NCBI GenBank assembly: GCA_947632305.1
Contig: CANROS010000001.1
Span: 708-64,707, forward strand
DNA: 64,000 nt
Source: an uncultured Paenalcaligenes sp.
GTDB lineage: Bacteria; Pseudomonadota; Gammaproteobacteria; Burkholderiales; Burkholderiaceae_B
Direction: 5' to 3'
The first letter of the stretch is position 1. Each line of letters starts with the position of its first letter. The position numbers were made by a program, and so were the translations under genes. Below, piece after piece: positions 48,492 through 58,274 of the stretch. Under the pieces are notes generated by a model. The model had not been told where the DNA came from and did no database searches. It was given only the letters and a program-made list of their open reading frames with translations.

Positions 48492-49493
48492 ATGTTTGCT
48501 TTACGTTTATCAGCTTTGCTTTTGTCTGCAGGATTTATGGCATCTGCTTCAGCGGCTTCAGTTCGTAATGAACCCGTCCAGCCCATCATCCCTTACGAGA
48601 CGGCCAGTCCAGCTAAGGTAGAGCTAGGGAAAAAACTGTTTTTTGATCCCCGCTTGTCCAAGTCTGGCTTTATCTCCTGTAACTCCTGTCATAACATGAG
48701 CATGGGTGGTTCTGATAACATAAAGACATCCATCGGAGATCGCTGGCAACAAGGTCCTATCAACTCGCCCACAGTATTGAACTCCAGCCTGAACTTAGCG
48801 CAGTTTTGGGATGGTCGAGCCGGCACCCTCAAAGACCAAGCCGGTGGCCCTATCTCTAATCCATTAGAAATGGGTTTTACCCACGAATTGGCGGTTGAGG
48901 TCTTACAATCGATTCCGCAGTACGTAGCTGAATTTAAAACGGTGTATGGCACAGAAACCATCACTATCGAAGAGGTGACTGACGCAATTGCAGAGTTCGA
49001 GGAAACCTTAGTGACGCCTAATGCGCGTTTTGACCTTTGGCTCAAAGGTGATGACAACGCCCTCACTGATCAAGAACTCGAAGGCTACATGACCTTCAGA
49101 AACAGCGGCTGTGTGGCCTGTCATAATGGCGTGAACTTGGGTGGTTCTTCGTTCCAGAAAATGGGCGTGGTTGAGCCTTATCAAACGGATAACCCGGCCG
49201 AAGGGCGTAGCGCAGTGACCGGTGTGGACGCAGACCGTTTTAACTTTAAGGTGCCCACGTTACGTAACGTAGAACTGACTTATCCGTATTTCCATGATGG
49301 GGCGGTGGATACCTTGGCGCAAGCCGTGGATATCATGGGCCGTTTGCAGCTGGGGCGTCATTTCTCTGACGAGGAAAATGCCAACATCGTGGCATTTTTA
49401 AAGACGTTAACTGGCGAACAACCAGAGTTGATTTTACCCATCTTGCCACCTTCTCATGACAGCACACCACGTCCTATTCCTTTTGATGACTAA
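48492..49493 (+). CDS. Di-haem cytochrome c peroxidase
   Basis: Signal peptide; CNSCH and CVACH haem motifs; FWDGRA, FKVPTLRN, PYFHDG. Confidence 0.93.
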   Translation: MFALRLSALLLSAGFMASASAASVRNEPVQPIIPYETASPAKVELGKKLFFDPRLSKSGFISCNSCHNMSMGGSDNIKTSIGDRWQQGPINSPTVLNSSLNLAQFWDGRAGTLKDQAGGPISNPLEMGFTHELAVEVLQSIPQYVAEFKTVYGTETITIEEVTDAIAEFEETLVTPNARFDLWLKGDDNALTDQELEGYMTFRNSGCVACHNGVNLGGSSFQKMGVVEPYQTDNPAEGRSAVTGVDADRFNFKVPTLRNVELTYPYFHDGAVDTLAQAVDIMGRLQLGRHFSDEENANIVAFLKTLTGEQPELILPILPPSHDSTPRPIPFDD

Positions 49494-49522
49494 GTCTTTG
49501 GGTTTTTTATAGGCGTAAAATC

Positions 49523-49552
49523 AAAGCCGAATAACCATTGTTATTCGGCTTT
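49523..49552. terminator. Bidirectional terminator
   Basis: AAAGCCGAATAAC-CATT-GTTATTCGGCTTT between convergent genes. Confidence 0.75.
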
Positions 49553-49558
49553 GCTGTG

Positions 49559-49975
49559 TTAGGAAGCAGCAGAAGGAATACTGAGTTCGGTAGGGACTCG
49601 ATCGGGGTGTTGCTGAATTTGATAGCCCATCCATAAACTGCGTGCCACTCGCTGAGCAAACAACCAGGCTCGCTCACCTAGCTCAGCGTTGGGTTGTTGC
49701 TGGCAGGTTTTATGAAATAACAGCAGCCATTGTTCAAACAAATGGGCACTTAAATTAGGTAGGGCAGCATGTTTCATCATGGGTGATCCAGAGAAATCTG
49801 CTGTTCTCAGTAGTAACGAAGACCAGAAGCTCACCATGGTGTTTAAATGCTCCGGCCAGTTTTGGATATGGGCATTAAATATAGGTCCCAGTTCGGGGTG
49901 AACACGAATTTGGTCATAAAAATCGTGAACTAATTGAGTGATTTCGTCACGATTACAAATAATAGGGTTTTTCAT
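49559..49975 (-). CDS. Group III truncated haemoglobin (trHbP/Ctb-like)
   Basis: FY, LGPIF, WPEHL, FWS, PMMKH, FEQWL; start set at ATG 49975. Confidence 0.88.
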   Translation of the reverse strand: MKNPIICNRDEITQLVHDFYDQIRVHPELGPIFNAHIQNWPEHLNTMVSFWSSLLLRTADFSGSPMMKHAALPNLSAHLFEQWLLLFHKTCQQQPNAELGERAWLFAQRVARSLWMGYQIQQHPDRVPTELSIPSAAS

Positions 49976-49996
49976 CCTAGTGGACTCCACACTATA

Positions 49997-50019
49997 AAGA
50001 TATATTTAATATACATCTT
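49997..50019. promoter_or_regulatory. NsrR-type operator
   Basis: AAGATATATTT-A-ATATACATCTT, an 11-1-11 imperfect palindrome close to the NsrR consensus AAGATGYATTTnAAATRCATCTT. Confidence 0.65.
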
Positions 50020-50113
50020 CTTGATGCTTTAGTCTTAGGCGTAGTTTAGTGGTTGATTTTTACAATATCATCTACACTAGGAATACTTAACTTTGCATTC
50101 CACGGAGAAGTGA

Positions 50114-50455
50114 ATGAGCTTTGAATTCCATCAACTTAGCGATGCTTTGGCTGTAGCGCCACAGTTGCAGCTTCAAGACATCCAAGCGGCGGCTGACGCG
50201 GGCTTTAAAAGCGTAATTATCAACCGTCCTGATTTTGAGCTAGAGCCACATCAGCCTACCTCCGAGGCCATGATTGCAGCAGCACAACAAGCGGGTTTAG
50301 CTGTGCGTTATCAGCCCGTGGTTAGCGGTGCTATCACCATGGAAAACGTCCAAGAATTCAAACAACTTTTAACCGAGTTGCCTACGCCTATTTTGGCTTA
50401 TTGTCGCAGTGGTGGCAGGTGTTCTAACTTATTTCAATACGCACAACAAAACTGA
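50114..50455 (+). CDS. TIGR01244/DUF442 family sulfurtransferase-like protein
   Basis: GFKSVIINRPD, YQPV, PILAYCRSGGR. Confidence 0.85.
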   Translation: MSFEFHQLSDALAVAPQLQLQDIQAAADAGFKSVIINRPDFELEPHQPTSEAMIAAAQQAGLAVRYQPVVSGAITMENVQEFKQLLTELPTPILAYCRSGGRCSNLFQYAQQN

Positions 50456-50494
50456 TATACATCAATAGGTCGCGTCAATCAATTGACGTATAGT
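50452..50494 (+). promoter_or_regulatory. FNR/Anr-type class II promoter of the USP gene
   Basis: CTGAT-ATAC-ATCAA (9/10 match to TTGAT-N4-ATCAA) at 50452-50465 with TATAGT at 50489-50494. Confidence 0.55.
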
Positions 50495-50539
50495 GAATAG
50501 AAGTATTTCATGTAATAACTTTTAATAACGGGGCATATC

Positions 50540-51001
50540 ATGTTTAAAAAAATTCTTATTCCTACCGACGGTTCCGCTCTTTCCGCTCAGGCTGCCAACA
50601 AGGGTGTTTCTTTTGCGCGCCAAATTGGAGCTGAGGTCGTCGCTTTACACGTCACACAACCTTTTGCTGCTACAGTAGGTTTTGATGGCATGGCAGCGGC
50701 TTATGCCATCACCGACGAGGACTACGAAAAGAATGCTTCCATTCAGTCTCAAAAATACTTGCAGGCGGTATTAGATCGCGCAGAAACAGCAGGCGTTAAA
50801 GCCACCCCTCTTTCTGTGTCTAACTTTAATGTTTCCGATGCAGTGGCTAGCGCCGCGCTTGATCAAGATTGTGATTTGATTTTTATTGGTAGCCATGGTC
50901 GTAGTGGCCTGTCTCGTTTGTTGCTAGGCAGCGTTACAGCCAAAGTTTTAAATTTAGCGCCTTGCGCTGTGTTAGTTTATCGCGTAAAAGACGCAAGCTA
51001 A
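50540..51001 (+). CDS. Universal stress protein (UspA family)
   Basis: MFKKILIPTDGS, IFIGSHGRSG, LLGSVT. Confidence 0.93.
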   Translation: MFKKILIPTDGSALSAQAANKGVSFARQIGAEVVALHVTQPFAATVGFDGMAAAYAITDEDYEKNASIQSQKYLQAVLDRAETAGVKATPLSVSNFNVSDAVASAALDQDCDLIFIGSHGRSGLSRLLLGSVTAKVLNLAPCAVLVYRVKDAS

Positions 51002-51018
51002 TCCTTCATAGCAGTTTC

Positions 51019-51051
51019 AAAAGCCTGCTTTATATTTAGCAGGCTTTTTTT
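51019..51051 (+). terminator. Terminator after the USP gene
   Basis: AAAAGCCTGCT...AGCAGGC followed by T7. Confidence 0.75.
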
Positions 51052-51090
51052 ATGCCCTGTTTACTGAAAAATGATTTTAAGGATAATCCG

Positions 51091-52170
51091 ATGTTAGAGT
51101 TTGAGGTGGATTTTGCTGACGCCCTCATAGATATTGATAGAAAGCTCACCGTTAAAGGTGCACCAGCACAGGCCGAGCTGGTTATTCATACCAAAACAGA
51201 GCGAGCGGGGCATATATGGCGTAGTCAGATCACGGTGCAAGCAGATGATGAGGGCAAGGTGGATTTAAGCAAAGTGAGCCCCAGCGCCGGCAGTTACACG
51301 CAAGCACAGCCCATGGGGTTGTTTTATACACAATTAGCAGAAAATGCGAGTGCGACTGATTTATTTTCTGATTCAGTGCATCATGCTATTCACACGGAAA
51401 TTGAAGCGCAGTGTGGCGACCAAGTCGCTAAAACAGTGCTAACGCAGCGTCTGACTCATAGTACTGTGCAGCGTGTGGAAATCAGAGAGCAAGACCTTAA
51501 AGGGGTGTTGTTTGTGCCTAGCTCAGCAGGGGACAAGCCAGCTGTTTTGGTGCTTAAAAAACAAGCCGTAGCTCCGTTGGATGAAGCTCAGGGTGCCTTG
51601 TATGCAGCACGAGGTTATACCGCTTTGGTGTTGGATTATTCAGCAACGCCTGACCTGAGTGCCGATGTAGATGAGTTGGCGATATTTCAGTTAGCCTTGG
51701 GTTGGTTGCGAGACAACGCCAGCCCCAAAAATAATTTCATCGCCGTGTCAGGCTATGGCGAAGGAGCTGAGTTAGCGGTGTTGTTAGGGGTGCAATTAAA
51801 AGCAGAAGTATCGGCAATTATTGCTTGTGAACCCAGTGCCGCCGTGCCTGCGTCTTATCCTTTAGAGGTGGAAAATTGCCAAGCGCCGATCTTATTGGCT
51901 TCGGGTCAGTTGCACAGGGGTAATGACTACCAACAAGCCATAGGTCAGCGTCTGCAGCAGCATGGCTTTGATTATAATTTTCAGTGGTATAGCTACGAAG
52001 GCGTCGAGCAGGGTTTAAGCTTCCCTCATGTGCCTACCTTGCATAGCAGTGCCTCTGCTGAACAAGCTCTATTGCTGGCACAGGCCAATAAAGACCTGTG
52101 GTTTGCTATCATTGGATTTTTACATCAAGCCGTTATTGAGGCGGCTCGTCCTTCTCAGTTAAATGACTGA
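51091..52170 (+). CDS. Acyl-CoA thioesterase/BAAT-family protein, probably catalytically degenerate
   Basis: BAAT N-terminal domain (ADDEGKVDL, GSY, PMGL), ALYAARGYTALVLDY; nucleophile elbow reads GYGEG. Confidence 0.75.
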   Translation: MLEFEVDFADALIDIDRKLTVKGAPAQAELVIHTKTERAGHIWRSQITVQADDEGKVDLSKVSPSAGSYTQAQPMGLFYTQLAENASATDLFSDSVHHAIHTEIEAQCGDQVAKTVLTQRLTHSTVQRVEIREQDLKGVLFVPSSAGDKPAVLVLKKQAVAPLDEAQGALYAARGYTALVLDYSATPDLSADVDELAIFQLALGWLRDNASPKNNFIAVSGYGEGAELAVLLGVQLKAEVSAIIACEPSAAVPASYPLEVENCQAPILLASGQLHRGNDYQQAIGQRLQQHGFDYNFQWYSYEGVEQGLSFPHVPTLHSSASAEQALLLAQANKDLWFAIIGFLHQAVIEAARPSQLND

Positions 52171-52413
52171 TTGGGGCGTGATTTCGGTGCGATAGGTTTG
52201 TAAGGCTGTCACTACGATGGGTAAAAGCTCGTGTTCAGGGCTTTTACCATCAGGATAGTCATCTAAATAGGCCAAAATGCTGTGACGCATGCGTGGTTCC
52301 CAAAATAAACGCACATGGTCAGCGACCGCTTTGGTAGAGGCCTCTGGGTTGGGTTGGGCTTGAAAAAAAGTCCCAATTTGGTTGAGCATAGGAATAAGAG
52401 GTTCAACATGCAT
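52159..52413 (-). CDS. fdsD: Formate dehydrogenase delta subunit
   Basis: MLNQIGTFF, VADHVRLFWEPRMR; start set at ATG 52413. Confidence 0.88.
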   Translation of the reverse strand: MHVEPLIPMLNQIGTFFQAQPNPEASTKAVADHVRLFWEPRMRHSILAYLDDYPDGKSPEHELLPIVVTALQTYRTEITPQSVI

Positions 52414-53269
52414 GGTCAGTATTCTCATGTAAAAATTCAGGATGACTGTAAGCGCTGAATTGCTTTTCGCGGCCAAAGGCAACCAGCAATAGCCCCAGTT
52501 CATCGGCAACTTGAATGGCGTAAGTGGTAGGCGCCGATACCGCAACTAAGGCAGGCACCCCTAAGGTGGCCGTTTTTTGTACCATCTCAAAGCTGGCGCG
52601 ACTGGAGACGACGATAAGCCCCGAGTGCGTCTGGGTTTGTTGTTGTAACAGATGGCCAATGAGCTTGTCTAAGGCATTATGGCGGCCTACGTCTTCACGT
52701 ACGACTTGAATGGCACCGGTGTGGTCTGCCCAGCCGGCACCATGTGTAGCGCCTGTTATTTGATGCAGTGGTTGTTGGTCACGCAGCTGATCTAAGGCAT
52801 GAAAAATAGCCGCGCTACTGTACGGTTGTGCGGGGGCGAGTACAGGGCTTAAATCGCGTCTTACCTCGCTGAGACTTTCTAGGCCACAGAGCCCACAGCC
52901 TGTGCGACCCGCTAGCTGGCGGCGGCGTTGTTTTAATTGATTGACACAAGCGGAAGCTATTTCAATGTTCAACACATAGCCGCGCTCATCGTGTTCCATT
53001 TCAATATCATAAATGTCTTGCGCCGAACGAATAATACCTTCGGTAAAAGAAAAGCCTACAGCCAAGTCTTCAAGAAAGGTAGGAGTGGCCAAGAGCACCG
53101 CATGGCTAATGCCGTTGTATTGCAAAGCGATGGGGGTTTCGGTAGCGAGTTCATCGCTTTCAGCCAGCACGGCACCTTGGCGCTTTTGGCGCCAAATGGC
53201 TTTGGTGCGGTGCCCTGCCTCTAAGGAGGTATCAGCGGCGGTAAAAGAAAATGCGGTGCTTGGTGTCAT
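52403..53269 (-). CDS. fdhD: FDH accessory sulfurtransferase FdhD/FdsC
   Basis: GCGLCG, TGATH, EDVGRHNALDKL, SSRASFEMVQK. Confidence 0.94.
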   Translation of the reverse strand: MTPSTAFSFTAADTSLEAGHRTKAIWRQKRQGAVLAESDELATETPIALQYNGISHAVLLATPTFLEDLAVGFSFTEGIIRSAQDIYDIEMEHDERGYVLNIEIASACVNQLKQRRRQLAGRTGCGLCGLESLSEVRRDLSPVLAPAQPYSSAAIFHALDQLRDQQPLHQITGATHGAGWADHTGAIQVVREDVGRHNALDKLIGHLLQQQTQTHSGLIVVSSRASFEMVQKTATLGVPALVAVSAPTTYAIQVADELGLLLVAFGREKQFSAYSHPEFLHENTDHAC

Positions 53270-53272
53270 AGC

Positions 53273-56176
53273 TTAAAGGGTTTCTAAAGACGGTGAGTCG
53301 ATGAGCTCCAGCGCGTCCTTTAGGTTTTCACCTTTAAGAAGCTGCTGCTGCTTTTGATCGAACTTCGACCATTGAGTTTGCCATGCCGACGCTTCGTCTG
53401 TGCTGACCAGACTGACCTCTACTGCCGTCACTTTGTATTCAGGGCAGTTAGTTGCCCAATCAGAGTTATCTGTGGTCACAACGTTAGCGCCTGATTCGGG
53501 GAAGTGAAAAGTGGTGTAGACCACTCCCGGTTGCATGCGTTCGGTGACATGGGCACGCAAGGTGGTTTCTCCTTGGCGGCTGCGCACAGCGATCAAATCA
53601 CCGGTTTGGATACGGCGTTCTTCGGCGTCCATAGGGTGAATTTCTATGAGGTCTTCTGCATGCCAAGCGGTGTTGGCAGTACGACGCGTTTGGGCTCCTA
53701 CGTTATATTGTGACAGAATTCGCCCGGTAGTGAGTAATAGAGGGAAGCGTTTAGTGATCCGTTCGTTGGTAGGTATGTACTGCGTAATGAGAAACTGCCC
53801 TTTGCCACGGACAAATTCCTCTACGTGCATAATAGGTGTGCCAGTGGGGGCGTCTGCGTTACAAGGCCACTGAATACTGCCGCCTAGCTCGTCAATGCGT
53901 GGGAAACTAACCCCTTGGAAAGTAGGTGTTAAACGAGCAATTTCATCCATGATTTCGCTAGGATGAGCGTAGTTCATGGGGTAGCCTAACGCATCGGATA
54001 AGGCGCAGGTGATTTCCCAATCCGCCAAGCCGTTTTTGGGTTCCATCACTTTACGAACTCGTGAAATACGGCGCTCCGCATTGGTAAAGGTGCCGTCTTT
54101 TTCAAGAAAAGACGAACCGGGTAAAAACACATGCGCGTATTTGGCTGTTTCGTTCAAGAACAAGTCTTGAACAATAATGCACTCCATGGAGGAAAGCGCT
54201 GCCGTTACGTGCTGGGTGTTGGGGTCTGACTGAACTATGTCTTCGCCTTGGCAATACAGCGCTTTGAAAGAACCGCTGAGAGCCGCATCAAACATATTGG
54301 GAATACGTAGACCTGGCTCTGGCTCTAGGCGTACGCCCCATTCGGCTTCGAAAAGCGCGCGGGCAGTAGTATCCGAAATGTGACGGTAGCCGGGCAGCTC
54401 GTGAGGAAACGAGCCCATATCGCAAGAGCCTTGGACGTTATTTTGACCACGTAGGGGGTTGACGCCCACACCTTCAAAGCCAAGGTTACCGGTTGCCATG
54501 GCAAGGTTAGCGATGGCCATGACGGTAGTGGAGCCTTGGCTGTGTTCTGTGACGCCCAAACCATAGTAAATGGCGGCATTACCACCTGTGGCGTATAAAC
54601 GTGCTGCGGCGCGTAGGGTTTCTGCGGCCACACCAGTAATCGCCGCCATGGCTTCAGGGGAGTTTTCAGGTTGGCTGACAAACTCTTTCCAAGCTTGGAA
54701 GGAATCAGAATCACAGCGTTCTGCAATGTAGTCATCTGCACAGAGGTTTTCCGTCACGATGACATGGGCCAAAGCAGATAGCAAAGCGGTGTTGGTGCCG
54801 GGGCGTAAGGCCAAGTGATAATCCGCCTTAATGTGGGGCGAAGACACCAAATCAATGGCACGAGGATCAATCACAATCAGTTTGGCGCCTTGGCGCAAAC
54901 GGCGTTTTAAGCGTGAGGCAAAAACGGGGTGAGCATCGCTGGGGTTAGCCCCCATCACTAGGATCACGTCACTGGCCATCACCGAGTCAAAGGTTTGCGT
55001 GCCAGCGGATTCGCCTAAGGTATGTTTTAGGCCGTAACCCGTGGGAGAGTGACAAACACGAGCACAAGTATCTACGTTGTTAGTGCCAAAGGCGGCACGC
55101 ACGAGTTTTTGTACTAAGTAAGTTTCTTCGTTGGTACAACGCGAAGAAGTAATACCCCCTACGGAATGAGTGCCGTATTGGGCTTGGATGCGTTTGATTT
55201 CACTAGAGGCGTAGTCTAGGGCTTCTTGCCAAGAAACGGGTTGCCAAGGGTCGTTAATGCTTTGGCGAATCATGGGGGTAGTGATGCGGTCTTCGTGGGT
55301 GGCGTAACCCCAGGCAAAACGGCCTTTAACACACGCATGACCGCGGTTAGCTTTGCCCTCTTTCCAAGGGGTCATACGGATAATTTGTTCGCCTTTGGTT
55401 TCTGCCTTTAGGCCACAGCCCACACCACAATAGGCACAGGTAGTGATGATCGCTTGATCTGGCTGGCCTATTTCAATGACGTTTTTTTCCATGAGTGAAC
55501 CGGTGGGGCAAGCACTAACGCAAGCGCCACAGGACACACAGTCACTTTCTAAAAAGCTTTCCATTTGACCCGAGGCGACTTGGGAGGCGAAGCCGCGGCC
55601 ATCAATGGTAAGGGCAAAGGTGCCTTGGGTTTCTTCACAGGCGCGCACACAGCGATTGCATACAATGCACAAGGAAGGGTCAAAGCTGAAGTAAGGATTG
55701 CTGGTGTCAGGGCAGGCATCGCGGTGGTTTGCACCCTCAAAACCATAGCGGACTTCGCGTAGACCGACTTGACCCGCTGTGCTTTGGAGCTCGCAATTGC
55801 CATTGGCCGAACAGGTTAAGCAATCCAAAGGGTGATCAGAGATATAGAGCTCCATCACATTGCGGCGTGTTTTGTGCAGACGTTCGTTGGCAGTCGTAAC
55901 CACTAAGCCTTCTTCGACCAAGGTGGTACACGAGGCAGGTTGACCGCGGCGCCCTTCGATCTCTACTAAACAAAGACGACAAGAGCCAAAGGGCTCAAGG
56001 GAGTCGGTAGCGCAAAGCTTAGGAATTTGAATGCCGGCCTCGGCAGCCGCTCGCATAATCGAGGTGCCTACTGGTGCTGTGACAGCATGGCCATCAATGG
56101 TTAGACTGACGGTTTCTATGGCTGTAGAGGCAGGTGTACCTAAATCGCGTTCGCGGATAAGAACAGTTTCTAACAT
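53273..56176 (-). CDS. fdsA: NAD-dependent formate dehydrogenase alpha subunit (Mo-bisPGD, Cys ligand)
   Basis: N-terminal Fe-S motifs (CRLCLVE, CIVCNRC, CVSCGAC, CAYCGVGC), active-site CARVCH, RGQNNVQG. Confidence 0.95.
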   Translation of the reverse strand: MLETVLIRERDLGTPASTAIETVSLTIDGHAVTAPVGTSIMRAAAEAGIQIPKLCATDSLEPFGSCRLCLVEIEGRRGQPASCTTLVEEGLVVTTANERLHKTRRNVMELYISDHPLDCLTCSANGNCELQSTAGQVGLREVRYGFEGANHRDACPDTSNPYFSFDPSLCIVCNRCVRACEETQGTFALTIDGRGFASQVASGQMESFLESDCVSCGACVSACPTGSLMEKNVIEIGQPDQAIITTCAYCGVGCGLKAETKGEQIIRMTPWKEGKANRGHACVKGRFAWGYATHEDRITTPMIRQSINDPWQPVSWQEALDYASSEIKRIQAQYGTHSVGGITSSRCTNEETYLVQKLVRAAFGTNNVDTCARVCHSPTGYGLKHTLGESAGTQTFDSVMASDVILVMGANPSDAHPVFASRLKRRLRQGAKLIVIDPRAIDLVSSPHIKADYHLALRPGTNTALLSALAHVIVTENLCADDYIAERCDSDSFQAWKEFVSQPENSPEAMAAITGVAAETLRAAARLYATGGNAAIYYGLGVTEHSQGSTTVMAIANLAMATGNLGFEGVGVNPLRGQNNVQGSCDMGSFPHELPGYRHISDTTARALFEAEWGVRLEPEPGLRIPNMFDAALSGSFKALYCQGEDIVQSDPNTQHVTAALSSMECIIVQDLFLNETAKYAHVFLPGSSFLEKDGTFTNAERRISRVRKVMEPKNGLADWEITCALSDALGYPMNYAHPSEIMDEIARLTPTFQGVSFPRIDELGGSIQWPCNADAPTGTPIMHVEEFVRGKGQFLITQYIPTNERITKRFPLLLTTGRILSQYNVGAQTRRTANTAWHAEDLIEIHPMDAEERRIQTGDLIAVRSRQGETTLRAHVTERMQPGVVYTTFHFPESGANVVTTDNSDWATNCPEYKVTAVEVSLVSTDEASAWQTQWSKFDQKQQQLLKGENLKDALELIDSPSLETL

Positions 56177-56187
56177 AAGAGTCTCCT

Positions 56188-57753
56188 TTAGACGGTAGCA
56201 CTAGGGCAGGAGCTGGGTGTTAAACCGAAGTCCTCTGCGAAATGGTTTAAGGCAGATAAGACGGGATAAGGCGTCATACTGCCTAGGGCACAGAGGGAGG
56301 CATTTTGCAGGGTGTCACACAGGTCGTGTAACAACACTAGATTGGCTTCGGGTTCTTGTTTTTGGCGAATTTTAGCGATGGTTTCTACGCCACGGGTGGA
56401 CCCAATGCGACAGGGAGTGCATTTGCCACAGGACTCGATAGCACAGAATTCCATGGCGTACTCAGCCATGGCCGCCATGTCTACGTTTTGATCAAAAGCC
56501 ACAATGCCGCCATGGCCTACCATGGCAGAAATAGCGGCGTAGCTTTCGTAGTCCAGTGGGGTATCCCATTGTGCTTCAGGCAAGTAAGCGCCTAAGGGGC
56601 CGCCGACTTGAACTGCACGTAGGTCTAAACCTGAGGCGCTACCGCCGCCAAAATCAAATAAAAGTTGGCGCAAGGTCACACCAAAGGCTTTTTCAACTAG
56701 ACCGCCGTGCTTGAGGTTGCCAGTCAGCTGGAAGGCCAAGGTACCACGGGATCTGCCCATGCCATATTGTTGATAGTACTCAGCGCCATTTGCAAGAATA
56801 ATGGGGACGCTGGCTAAGGTGACTACGTTATTGACCACAGTGGGCTGGCCCAAAAAGCCTTGCAAAGCGGGTAGTGGGGGTTTGAAGCGGATTTCCCCTC
56901 GGTTGCCTTCTAGGCTTTCGAGTAACGAGGTTTCTTCACCACAGATATAGGCGCCAGCCCCTAAGCGAACCTCAAGGTCAAACTGCAGAGGGGAGTGTTG
57001 AATATTGGCCCCTAGATAATTGGCCTCGTAAGCGTTATGAATGGCTTGTTGCAGGATCTGGTAGGCCAGTGGGTATTCGGAGCGCACATAAATATAACCA
57101 CGGGTCGCGCCTACGGCCATACCGGCAATAATCATGCCCTCGATTAGACTGTAGGGGTCGGCTTCCATGAGGATACGATCGGAAAAGGTGCCTGAGTCGC
57201 CTTCATCTGCATTACAGACGATGTATTTTTGCGAAGCCGTAGCGTTTAGAACCGTGTTCCATTTGATGCCAGTAGGAAAAGCGGCGCCACCACGGCCACG
57301 TAAGCCGGATTCAGTGGTGAGGTCCACAATGGACTGAGGACTAAGGGCTAAGGCATTTTGTAGACCCTGCCAGCCGCCATGGGCTTCGTAGTCAGCCAGA
57401 TTGAGAGGGTCAATGTGCCCAATGCGCGCAAAAGTAAGACGTTCTTGATTTTTAAGATACGGGATGTCTTGGGTAAGGCCGTGGCAGAGAGGGTGGGCGC
57501 CGCCTTGGAGCCAGTTGGCTTCAAAGAGACTGGGTAGATCGTGGAGGTGGACGGGCCCATACGCTATACGGCCAGCTTGGGTGTCGATTTCTATTAAAGG
57601 TTCTAACCACAACAAGCCGTGCGTGCCATTACGAATGATCTCTATGGCTTGGCCTTGCGCCTGCGCTAAGTCTTGGATGGCAGGAATGAGCTTTTCTACG
57701 CCTGCGGCAACGGCTGCGGTATCGCGGGGAATATAAAGGCGAATGGCGCTCAT
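56188..57753 (-). CDS. fdsB: Formate dehydrogenase beta subunit (NuoF-like, FMN/NAD)
   Basis: GLRGRGGAAFP, NADEGD, GAYICGEE, ESCGKCTPCR. Confidence 0.94.
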   Translation of the reverse strand: MSAIRLYIPRDTAAVAAGVEKLIPAIQDLAQAQGQAIEIIRNGTHGLLWLEPLIEIDTQAGRIAYGPVHLHDLPSLFEANWLQGGAHPLCHGLTQDIPYLKNQERLTFARIGHIDPLNLADYEAHGGWQGLQNALALSPQSIVDLTTESGLRGRGGAAFPTGIKWNTVLNATASQKYIVCNADEGDSGTFSDRILMEADPYSLIEGMIIAGMAVGATRGYIYVRSEYPLAYQILQQAIHNAYEANYLGANIQHSPLQFDLEVRLGAGAYICGEETSLLESLEGNRGEIRFKPPLPALQGFLGQPTVVNNVVTLASVPIILANGAEYYQQYGMGRSRGTLAFQLTGNLKHGGLVEKAFGVTLRQLLFDFGGGSASGLDLRAVQVGGPLGAYLPEAQWDTPLDYESYAAISAMVGHGGIVAFDQNVDMAAMAEYAMEFCAIESCGKCTPCRIGSTRGVETIAKIRQKQEPEANLVLLHDLCDTLQNASLCALGSMTPYPVLSALNHFAEDFGLTPSSCPSATV

Positions 57754-58244
57754 GGCTGGACCCCTTGGTCTTTTAAGTGTTGTTCAAGTAAGGCAGGAGT
57801 CAGATGAGCGACCGGCTCGCCATTAATCATGGCCGCAGGTCCCTGAGAACAGAGCCCTAGACAATAGACCGGCTCTAGGGAAACATCGCCCTTAGCGCTT
57901 TTTTGATTGAAGTCACAGCCTAGTGTTTGTTTGACTTGAGCAATGAGCTCGTTGGCACCACGCGCTTGACAGGATTCAGCGCGACAGAGTTCCAGTAATA
58001 CAGGAGCAGGAGGCTGTGTTCTAAAGTGTGTATAAAAGCTAATGACGCCGTGTATTTCGGCGCGAGAGCGATTAATGGCCTCGCTAAGTGCGGGAATAAG
58101 AGAAGCAGGGATATAACGCAATTGATCTTGAATACTATGCAAAATGGGCAATAGATTGCCTTCTTTGTGGGCATGAAGTTCAAGAGCATGGCGCAAGGCC
58201 GCAGCAGATTGCTCGGCCGTTAACGCAGGGGCAGTAATGGGCAT
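57750..58244 (-). CDS. fdsG: Formate dehydrogenase gamma subunit (NuoE-like 2Fe-2S)
   Basis: CRAESC and CLGLC, GVISFY. Confidence 0.93.
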   Translation of the reverse strand: MPITAPALTAEQSAAALRHALELHAHKEGNLLPILHSIQDQLRYIPASLIPALSEAINRSRAEIHGVISFYTHFRTQPPAPVLLELCRAESCQARGANELIAQVKQTLGCDFNQKSAKGDVSLEPVYCLGLCSQGPAAMINGEPVAHLTPALLEQHLKDQGVQP

Positions 58245-58274
58245 AGGCGTTTTGTCTGCCTGAGGCAGCCTCCT

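Noticed and set aside
53273-56176. Selenocysteine in formate dehydrogenase
   Set aside because: The active site is Cys (CARVCH) and there is no in-frame TGA.
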